From Amoebidium appalachense (lineage: Eukaryota > Protista > Ichthyosporea): 64,000 nucleotides of DNA. Where the stretch lies: positions 3,047,106-3,111,105 of the forward strand of contig CAVNZM010000003.1 in assembly GCA_963693365.1 (NCBI GenBank), given 5' to 3'. Shown here in pieces: positions 1-10,433 of the stretch. Position 1 is the first letter of the stretch. Each line of letters begins with the position of its first letter. Made by a program: the position numbers and the translations under genes. The notes under the pieces were generated by a model. That model was not told the origin of the DNA, ran no database searches, and saw only the letters and a program-made list of their open reading frames with translations.

Positions 1-178
1 CGACCCCGCTCTTCCCCACTGATAGCCGGGCGGCATAAGACAGCCACGGCCATACCAACCCCTTGCACCAGCCCATGCTTTCAAGCTACTCCTCAACCCC
101 ACCACATCTGTACCCCCCCAAGACCACCACCATCACCACAACCCACCCACACAACAAACATCAGCACACAACACCCAC

Positions 179-844
179 CTGGAACCCTCCCGAGTCCGTG
201 ATGATGGGCCCGCTGTATCCCGTGAACTTGTGCAGCCCGCCGGCCTAATTCCCAGTCAGTGGGGATTGGCAGGCAGGTGGCCTGGGGGTGCAGCACGCAC
301 CTCACGGATGACGTCAGGCCCAGGGTGCAGCAGCAGGTGGTACGTGTTGCTGTGCACACCCCTCAGAATCACCCCCCTCCCCCTAGATCTATCTTTCCCT
401 CCCCTACCCCCTTCTTATCCCCCCACCCCCACCCCCACCCCCATCCCCCCCCCCCCCAATAAATAAATAAATAAATAAATACATAACTTGCAGTGGTATG
501 TATTACAGGCTTTAATACAGCCCCAAAGAGTACCTCCTTTACTATCGTGCATGACGGGCAGTGTACCAATACACAAGTGTATCACCAAGATGGTGTATTG
601 ATGCTGGTGATACACGTGTATTGGTGCACTGCCCGTCATGCACGATAGTAAAGGAAGTTAGCTAAAGCTCCATCTTTGCACATGTATAAATATTTAGACG
701 CAACACCATATTGTGACTCTACTATGGTAATTTACTAATGAAAGGGTGCGTACTTATACGCCTCGCATATTAATACTCCTTGGGGCTGTATTAAAGCGCG
801 AGGGACACCTGAAGTACAAGCCATAAAATCAGCTGCAGCCTCCC

Positions 845-899
<55 letters not shown>

Positions 900-933
900 A
901 GCACCAACAGGAAAATCTTAGCTGCAGGACCCG

Positions 934-985
<52 letters not shown>

Positions 986-1528
986 GTACACACCAGAACA
1001 TGAGCTGCAGGCCACAGGCCGTGGTCTGCTGGGCAGTAAGACTCTTGATGGTGCCGTTTGTGCCCACCCCCACAAACCCGGGGGTGTCCACCACCCCGTG
1101 TGGTGTATGCAGCCGTCCCACCCGGGCCCTGCACCCTGCAACGTCAATGGCCAAAAATAGCACTCTGCCCTACTGGGCCTACCAGGCCACTGCACACAGC
1201 TGCTCCCCAGCTATCCCCAGCCTCCTGCCAGCCTAAGAAGAGCCTAGATCTGTGGTCCCCTGCACCTGGTCGTAAACATAGACAAGAACCACCACACCAC
1301 CGACCCTTGCACACGCACACATATGCCTGCCCCCTCCACCTATAGCAGACACACAGTGCCACCGCTGGGCGCACTTGCGCCCAGTTCTCCCTTGGCCCTA
1401 TCGTTGGCTGCTAGCCTATCCACCTGCCCACAGCTGCCACCCCACCTATGGCCCCCGCCCTCCCCAGCACAGCACCTGGAGCGTGTGGACTGGTAGAGCA
1501 GCTCGAAGCGGAAGCTCGGCCTCTGCAT
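179..1528 (-). CDS. tgt: Queuine tRNA-ribosyltransferase (tRNA-guanine transglycosylase), Chlamydia-like; 3' part runs off the left edge
   Basis: Exons 1528-1476, 1128-994, 349-301 and 244-179 join at GT-AG to give [48 protein letters not shown]...[42 protein letters not shown]. This contains the TGT NTYHL and TDSGGFQ motifs. The start has a GCCACCATG context. Confidence 0.93.
509..797. mobile_element. MITE-like element with 24-bp terminal inverted repeats and an internal long hairpin, in a tgt intron
   Basis: GCTTTAATACAGCCCCAAAGAGTA (509-532) is the reverse complement of TACTCCTTGGGGCTGTATTAAAGC (774-797) with 1 mismatch. Internal inverted repeat at 535-655. The element is AT-rich relative to its flanks. 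Confidence 0.75.
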
Positions 1529-2116
1529 GGTGGCCACAGCTGAGCCCTGCAGGCCACACGTGCAACAGGGAGGCCGTCGGGGCGCTGGCTGCCACCTATA
1601 TTGCGGGCCAAGCAGTGCTGCTGCTAATAGCAAGTAAGGACACTAGACGTCGGCCCCGGTCCGGCTGGTCTACTTGTGACCTGCTGGCCGTGGTCTATCG
1701 GGATGGTCGCAGCAGGGGAAAAGGTGGAGCTAGGGCGCACCCCCACGCCCAGATGTGCAGGTAGGGCAGACACTAAGTAGGCCTGTGGGCTACTCGGCTG
1801 CGGCAGACTGGCCGCCTGTGTGCAGGGCCGTGCCAGACAACTAAGCCCGGGCTGGAAGGGGTTGCCATGGACCCTGACCGCGCTGTGTATGCACTCTATG
1901 ATGCAGGCACACCACTGGCACCATAGAGGAGATTGGGCCTGCCAGTGGTTTAGCTTGCTGCACTGCGCGTACACCTTGCCACACATTGCCGCTTCTCTCC
2001 TCCGACGTGTGCATGCAGCTGGTGCACGCCCGGTGGGTGGTTACGCAAACACTCTGGAATGCATGCGAGGGCCCAGGGCGGGCCCCGATTGGGCGCGCAG
2101 ACACGAGGCACGGCTG

Positions 2117-2150
2117 CCATATATGGGCCAGGCGGCTTCGCCATATATGG
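2117..2150. promoter_or_regulatory. Two CArG boxes (CCATATATGG) upstream of transketolase
   Basis: Exact CC(A/T)6GG matches at 2117-2126 and 2141-2150, about 80-115 bp before the ATG at 2231. Confidence 0.5.
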
Positions 2151-2230
2151 GCATAAGGTCATGTGATCGCCTACAAAAGCCGCGGCGCCAAAGCACCGAG
2201 GCATTTTCCTTCTTGTTTTCAGCCGCCACC

Positions 2231-2454
2231 ATGCCCACCGGACAGCACGACGCCAAGCGGCCCAAGGTCGACACCAAGGAGCAGGAGCGATGCGTCAACG
2301 CTATCCGCTGCCTGGGCGCTGACATGCCCTCGGCGGCCAACTCGGGCCACCCAGGTAACCTTACATCCCCCCTCCCCCCCTCCCCCTCCCTCCGCCTCCA
2401 CTACCCCCTCAGGCCCACGCTTTGTTGCCCAGGTCCCCGTCTCCTCCTCGCCCT

Positions 2455-2486
<32 letters not shown>

Positions 2487-5400
2487 CCCCAAGACACACA
2501 CGCGCGCACCGCCGCACCTTCTCCACCTCACACCCCCCCCCCCCCCCCCTTCCCCACCCCCCCATCGCTCCTTCCCTGCTGTCCGCTTCTCCCCTTTCTC
2601 AAGTTCCTCTGTCCCCCCCTCCCCCCCCCCCCCCCCCCCCCCCCCCTCCCAAGCCGCATCATCGTTTTTATCCAGGTGACTTCGATTATTGCCAAATGAG
2701 TGGCCTGAAGGTGCCTTTACATTCAGTCTATCGTCTCCCAGCAACTAGCACTGTCACAGCAACCACACCCAATAGCAGCAACTAGCCCTGTCAACCACAC
2801 CAATAGAAGCAACTAGCCCTGTCAACCACACCCAATAGTCTCCCAGCAACTAGCCCTGTCAACCACACCCAATAGTCTCCCAGCAACTAGCCCTGTCAAC
2901 CACACCCAATTAGCTCTGTCAATAATTTCCCAGCAACTAGCGTGCATATCAACACCACTCCTTCCTTGCTGGTTTCTCAAGTAGCACCTGATACCAAAGG
3001 CCTGTTCTCCAAAGCCCTTGCTCACACTTACCTCACAGGTGCGCCCATGGGCTGTGCGCCCATGGCCTACCTGCTGTGGACCGAGTTCATGAACTACAAC
3101 CCCAAGAACCCCAAGTGGGTGAGTGCTGCCCACCTTTCCCCGTTCCCCCCCCCCCCCCCCCCCCCCCCCCCCATCCCCTCCAGCCCCTCGTTATGTGGCT
3201 CGCGGGGGCAGGGTGCTGATGTGGGCGCAGTTCAACAGGGACCGGTTTGTGCTGTCCAACGGGCATGGCTGTGCGCTGCAGTATGCCATGCTGTACCTGG
3301 CCGGCTACGACCTGACCATCGACGACCTCAGGAAGTTCCGCCAGTTCGACAGCAAGTATGTGTCTCTCCCTCTGCTTGGGGCACGTCGGGGGTGTGGGCT
3401 GGGCTGGCAGGTGTTAGCTGGGGGTAGGGCTAGCTAAGACAGCCATTGGGATTTTAGATCATGGTGGCAGGCACAGTGGGGCAGCAGCTGACAGGGCTGG
3501 GGGGTGCAGGACACCGGGCCACCCCGAGAACTTCATGACCCCCGGCATCGAGGTCACTACCGGTCCCCTGGGCCAAGGTGCGTGCAGTGGGGGTGGAAAA
3601 GGGGAGGGATGCGGGAGGGGAAGGGGGGGGAGTTGCCCTCAGTGAGTATACTTGATCTGCTTGGGCCCTGGACCCCTCCGGACGCTCCATAGTGAAGACA
3701 TATATGCATATGGCCACTTGACTAGGAGCTGCCACCGGATAGCTTGTGCCACATGCTGCACAAATCCGTTCAATTCTCAAGCCACTGCAATCACCACTTA
3801 TATTTAGGAGTATACCTGAGATCAATTGGACGAATGGCTATGAAATGGGACCATGCCGCACAGTGTGTGGATGGAAGAACAGCAGATGCAGTAGGGAAGG
3901 CAACGTAGTGACGGGCTGGGTTATGAGCAGGCATTGCCAATGCCGTGGGGTTTGCCATTGCCGAGCGCCACTTTGCGGCGGTGTACAACACCCCCGAGCA
4001 CAAGCTGATCGACAACTACGTCTACGTCATCATGGGTGACGGCTGCCACCAGGAGGGTGTCAGCGGCGAGGCCTGTACGTGTGTGTGTGTGGGGGGGGTA
4101 CGTGTGTGTGTTTCTGGAAAGCGGCGGGATGGCTACGTGTGTGTGTGTGTGGGGGGGGGGGGGGATGTCTATGTGTGTCTGTGGGGGTGGGGGGGGGGGG
4201 GCTAGGGTGTGTGTGTGGATGTGGGGGTTGGAGGGGGGGTGTGGATGTGGGGGGGGTTGCGGGGAGCATGCAGGTGTGTTCTGCGTGCAGCAGGGCGGGT
4301 GCTGACAGGGGTTTGTGGTGCAGGCTCTCTGGCCGGGCACCTTGGGCTGGGCAACCTGATTGTGCTGTACGACGACAACAAGATCACCATTGACGGTACG
4401 TGTCCGCACACAGGAGGGGGGAGGGGGGGGATGCAGGTGCTCATTGTGTAGTGCAGGCGAGACCGAGCTGTCGTTCACTGAGGATGTGCCCAAGCGGTTT
4501 GAGGCCTATGGCTGGCAGACGCTGACTGTGGGCCATGGCGACACGGACCTGACCGACCTGCGCACAGCCCTGCAGGAGGCTAAGGCTGAGACCGGCCGCC
4601 CAACCCTCATCTCCGTCAAGTGAGTGCCCATGCAGCACACATACATTAGCCTACATGCAATCTTGGTGGGCACATGGACATGCTTGTCCAGCCGGGGCAC
4701 CAGGACACGATGTGCTCATTAGGAAGGGCAACCTGCTTGTGGCTGGGCATAGACACATGGGCAGCAGGTGCATGCAATGAATGGCACGTGCAATGAGGTC
4801 TGACGCTGGGGGGCAGGACCACGATCGGGTTTGGGTCGCTCAAGCAGGGCACGGAGGGTGTGCACGGTGCGCCCCTCAAGCCCGACGATCTCAAGCAACT
4901 TAAGGAGAAGTTCGGCTTTGATGGCAACCTGAGCTTCAACGTGCCCGAGGATGTACGTGCCCTGCATGCAATGGCCATGCATGCTGGCCCTGGTGGGGTG
5001 ATCCTGGCGGGGTGCTGACAGGTCATTGCAGGTCCTGGCTGTGTTCCGCCACGCCGGGGAGGCCGGAGTGCAGAAGGAGGCAGAATGGAACAAACTCTTT
5101 GCCGATTACAAGGCCAAGCACCCCGAGAAGGTGTGTGCCTCTTCGGGGGGGGGGGGGGGGGTTAAGAGTGAGGTGTTGACGTTAAGGGGTGCAGGGCGCC
5201 GAGCTTGAGCGGCGCAGTGCAGGCAAGCTGCCCGAGGGCTGGAAGAATGCGTTGCCGCAATGGAAGGCCGGAGACAAGGACCTGGCCACCCGGCAGACCA
5301 GCGAGATTGTGCTCAACGCCCTGGCCCCCGTCCTGCCCGAGCTGGTCGGCGGCTCAGCAGATCTGACCCCCTCCAACCTCACATGTATGTGTCCCTGGGG

Positions 5401-7388
5401 GGGGGGGGGGGGGGGGGGGGGTTGTGCGCACGATATCTGGGTGGCAGTGGGCAGCAGGGAGCTAACATTGAGCACGCAGGGCTCAAGTGCACGCACGATT
5501 TCCAGAAGAACAAGCCCGATGGGCGCTACATCCACTTTGGTGTCCGCGAGCATGCCATGGCCGCCATCTGCAACGGCCTGGCTGCATACGGGGGCCTGGT
5601 GCCCTTCGGCGCCACATTCTTCAACTTCATCCAGTACGCCCTGGGTGCCGTGCGCCTCAGTGCTCTGAGCCATGTGCGTGCCCTGCTGTGCGGGTTGGAT
5701 GCGGGGTTGGGGGGTGGGGGCTGACGGGGGGCACAGCTCGGTGTGCTGTACGTGATGACCCACGACAGCATCGGGCTGGGCGAGGACGGGCCCACCCACC
5801 AGCCCATCAACTCGCTGTGTCTGGTGCGGTCCATGCCCAACATCCTGGGCATCCGCCCTGCTGACGGCAACGAGACCAGCGGCGCTTATGCCGTGGCTGT
5901 CGAGAACCGCCACCGCCCCACCGTGAGCATCCTATTAGGTGTGGGGGGGGCATGTGCTGGGTGCTGACTGGGCGTGCAGGTGCTGGTGTTCACGCGGCAG
6001 GCGCTGCCGCAGCTGGAGCACAGCAGCATCGAGGGGGTGTACAAGGGCGGCTATGTGGTGCACGAGGTGGCCAGCCCGACCGTGGTGCTGGTGGCCAGCG
6101 GCAGCGAGGTGTCGCTGTGCATCAGTGCGGCCAAGGAGCTGGGCAATGCACGGGTGGTGTCGGTGCCCTGCATGGACCTGCTGGACGACCAGAGCCTGGA
6201 TTACAAGAAGGTGTGTGTTGCATGCATGCTAGGCCACGGCCATGAGGGGTTGCTGGTGGGTAGCAAGGGTGCTTTGTGTGGCAGGCATTGATGCATGGGC
6301 CCTGCAGAGCCTGTTCCCGGACGGTGTGCCCGTGATCAGCGTGGAGGCCCTCGGGGTCACGGGCTGGGAGAAGTACTCCCACGTGCAGATCGGCATGCGC
6401 ACGTTCGGTATGCAGCATGTCGTGTGTGTGCATGTGTGCCCCTGTCTGTGCCGGCTGCATGCATTATGGCAACCCTGCTGAATGACTGTGTCGGCATTTT
6501 CAGTGGCATGCAAAAAATTTCTCCTTTTATGACGATCCCCATGAATATATGGTAAAAACCAACCACTCCACTCGGTTTAATTATCCGCGTCACAACGACT
6601 GTTTGATGAGGTCAACATATGACGTCAAATTGACGTCACAACGAGAAAGGCTGACATAGATCTTCAGTAATGGTGCACAGTGATTGCCAAAGCCTAGGGG
6701 CAGACAGAAAGAACCTGTGTAGGGACCTGTAAAAGCACGGCGGTTTGGTGGTCTGGGATATGTGGGATCAGAACTGACACGTTGGCACAGGCAAGTCTGC
6801 GCCGGCCAAGGAGCTGTTCAAGTACTTTGGCTTCACCACGGAGAACGTGGTGGACAAGGCAAAGAAGACCATCGAGTTCTACCAGGTACCATGCTGCGCA
6901 AGGCCACACACATGCACACTGCGCAGCACAACTGGCTGTATATTAGGTTGCCATGCCATACAAATGCACACTTCACAGCCAACATTCACTATTTAGCTAT
7001 GCCGCACACATGCACACTGCACAGCCAAATTCACTAATTAGCCATGCCACACACATGCACACTGCACAGCCAACATTCACTAATTAGCCATGCCACACAC
7101 ATGCACACTGCCCAACAAAACCAACACACTACCAGGCAGCGATGGTACACACATTGCGCGCAACACAGTAGCCTGTACTAGGCAGCTCAGAGCACACCCA
7201 CAAGGACAAGCACGCACACGGAGCCATCACCTGCCTGTGCACATTAGCACACCTGGCATTATGCTTACCACCCGACAGCCTGCCCACACCAGTTTCTCTC
7301 TGAGTTGGCCAATCACCAAACCTGTGCTGATCCTCTCCCCCTGTAGGGCCGCCATGTGCCTAACCTGCTGGACCGTCCCACATTCTGA
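2231..7388 (+). CDS. TKT: Transketolase (fungal/bacterial type), multi-exon
   Basis: Spliced exons give [56 protein letters not shown] and [16 protein letters not shown]. The last exon [13 protein letters not shown] ends with TGA at 7388. All introns are GT-AG. Confidence 0.97.
2735..2941. repeat. Intronic minisatellite, ~35-39 bp unit (CAGCAACTAGCCCTGTCAACCACACCCAATAG...), ~5-6 copies
   Basis: Direct repeats visible in TKT intron 1. Confidence 0.85.
6903..7112. repeat. Intronic minisatellite, ~45 bp unit (ATGCCACACACATGCACACTGCACAGCCAACATTCACTAATTAGCC)
   Basis: About 4-5 degenerate copies in the last TKT intron. Confidence 0.8.
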
Positions 7389-7635
7389 GCCCAAGGCCCA
7401 GCCTGTGCCCCCTACCTCTTAATCTTGTCGGGTGCGCTAGCAGCCCCGTAGCCTGTATCTACATATAATGAACCACACATTGTGGCCCGTTGGCTTGTGC
7501 AGCACCATGAATACCTGCTTGTTCTGTCGTTGCCAACCTGATCTTACGAAGGATTAATGATATAAAGTCTGCCAAGCACAATGGTGTGCTTCACAGGGTA
7601 CCATGCGTCTCACTACCTTGAGTTGACATCAAATC

Positions 7636-7666
<31 letters not shown>

Positions 7667-9184
7667 TCACCCACCCACCTGCGCACCGGGTGGCATTGTG
7701 GCGTGGTTGACACGCCTGTAGCTGGTCCCAGGCTCTCTGATTGTGTACACGGCCAGGAACCCTTTGCCTCGTTTATGACCATGCCCCCGACCTCCGTGCT
7801 GTGCCGTGGCTCTGTTAGTGCTACTGTAACATTCATGCAACATGATGTCCCTCCCTTGGCCCTCTGTGCTCTGTACGTGCCGCCCACTATGTTTCCAAAG
7901 GTCATGTGCACACAGTGCTGTGGTGACTGATGGTGTGTGCCTGCTGGGTGGGGGTGCCATGATGCAATTGCTTGGTGATCCGACGGCCGCGGGCTGAGTG
8001 TGCTGGCCACCATGCCAAACCATGCACTCTGGGGTGCGCATGATGCATGTCGGCACGTGTGCAAAATGCATGTTGTGGCGGCCACACCTGCCGATTATGC
8101 AATCACCAGAGCGATCTTTCGTCATGTTCCAGTATAACATCGGGAGGTTGGATGTCTAGGTATTATGGCCATTGTTTGATTTTTGTGGCTTACTACATCA
8201 TGATGCAAGAGGTTGGTCATTTTTTCGTGGTGTCGGGTGGCTGACGGGTGGGCGCACGGGGGGGGGGGGGGGTATTAATTGTGCTAGTTTTTCCTTCTTT
8301 GTACATAATACATCCTACGCGTAACAAAATTACCTACACGTGAGCGCACCTCGTCACGATTGCATGGATGCACGTAGGAGCCAACCAGCTGCATCCTGTC
8401 AGTATAATGCCTGATTATGGTCATGTGGTGTCCCGATTAGAATTCCATGGATAAATATGGCACATGTGTTCACTAAGGCACATTGGGTGCTATATAATAA
8501 ATTAGTGCGGCTTGCATGTGCTATTGTATTCTCTCACTGATGGCGCTGGTCACATGTGTGGGTGTTTTGCATACATGGTCGTGTGTACATGTGCTGTGCA
8601 CGCCTGGGAGCGGCTGGACCACGTGTTGTACAACACCCCTTGAGATTCTCAATCAAAAGTGCAAACAGACATCCAAGTGTTGAGGCACACCGGTGCTACA
8701 ACAATCCATACATGACCTGCCCCCCCATATAGGCCTGCATGCCAGTGTGTGTGTGTACTGCATGTGTATTTGCCACAGCACCACGACCTCTGTGTCACCT
8801 CAGGTGGTGGTGGTGGGTGCCAGGGGGTCCAGAGGGGCGTCATAGAAGTGAACAGGCCGCCCTTCAAGCATACTCATAGGTTGGACATGATCATTATAGC
8901 AGCTATAGCCAGAGCAGGGTCCAACCTTTAATAACAAAATCACCTCCAACACAGTGCCTGCACACTGGCCAATAGCAATAATTATTCGCCATAGTCCTGC
9001 TGGTAGCCTCTTTGATCTTCTTTGCATACTTGCATTTATCGTTTGGTGTAGCACTTAGTCTAGTCTATCCATATGTCTATATGCTTTTTCTATACATCTT
9101 CTTGAAGCCAGAAGCCCCCCCCCCCCCCCCCCCCCTCTCCGGCAGCTCTACTGTGTGGCTGCTGGCCATGCCCCCCCCCCCCCC

Positions 9185-10091
9185 CTACTGCTGGGTCAGC
9201 AACTGCCTCTCTCTCTGCTTCTTCCTCCTCAGGGCCGCCGCTCTCTTCTTCTTGATGGCCAGCAGCATCTCCTGCGAGCACTCGACCTCCTCGGGCCCAG
9301 CCTGCTCGCTGGCCTCTGCCCGTGCTGCTGCAGCTGTGTGCCGGGCCATGCTGGGTGCCGGGGTGATGGCCATGGCCTGCCAGGCCCCAGCTGCAGTGAA
9401 CGGGCTGTCTGGTGCTTCGGGCCCACTGTGCCGGCGGGCCAGCAGGGGGGAGCCCCTGTGGGGGGGTGCTGGGTGGCTGGGCCGGGCCGTGGGGCCGCTC
9501 CATGAGTTGTGGCGCTGCCAGCCGCTAGTGACAGGCGCCCTGGGCCCCGCAACAAGCCGGGGGGCAGCTGGCTGGACTGGTGTTGGCCGGGGTGCGGGTG
9601 TGGGGTGTGGGGTTAGTGGTGGCAGGGCCAAGGGCATGGAGGCCACTATGTCATCCAGGTCGGCCCAGTCGTCCATCTCCACGTCCACCCCCTCTGGCCC
9701 TACCACTGTTGGCTGCTGGCTGGGGGGCCTGTTCTCCTTGTCCTGGCTAGCCGGGTGGCTGGGCTGGGGGGGTGACGGGGGCAGGTGGGCCAGCAGCTCC
9801 TGCAGGGGGTTGCTCAAGCAGCCGGGCGCCCTGCACGTGCAGTGTCAGTGCACAGCCACTATGCATGCATGGGTGGCCCACAGCCACGTGCATGCCCCAG
9901 CCAACCTTCCTGCCCCAAATGTGCACACCAGGTTCATCTCTGGCCTTACTCCATATTGAAATGCAGTCAGCCTGCATCCATGTTGGCCCATCCCCCCAGC
10001 AAACCTATGGGGAAGAGGGTCGGGGAGGGGGTTGGGGAGGGTGTGTGTGTGTGTGTGTGTGTTTGTGGGTGGGGTGGGGGTGGGTGTGTGT

Positions 10092-10144
<53 letters not shown>

Positions 10145-10402
10145 GGGAGGGGGGGTTAAAGCATACATTGAAGGGCTGGGCTTGTGCCTGGGCTTGCGGC
10201 GGTCGTGCTTCTGGTTGTGGGGGCGCAGGGGTGGTCTGCCCGGGCCCTCCCCCCCCAGCCACAGGTGCAGCAGCTGGGGCCCACCCTCGGCCAAGGTGGT
10301 GTCCGTGCTGCCCTCCTGTGCACAGTGTCAGTGTGTGCTTAGTCACTCAGGGCACGCACCCATATTCCCTCCCCTGCAATACACACCAGGCACATCTGCA
10401 GC

Positions 10403-10433
<31 letters not shown>

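Noticed and set aside
6487-6660. Possible MITE or snoRNA in a TKT intron
   Set aside because: The inverted match of the ends is weak (about 11/16), there is no TSD, and the C box is imperfect.
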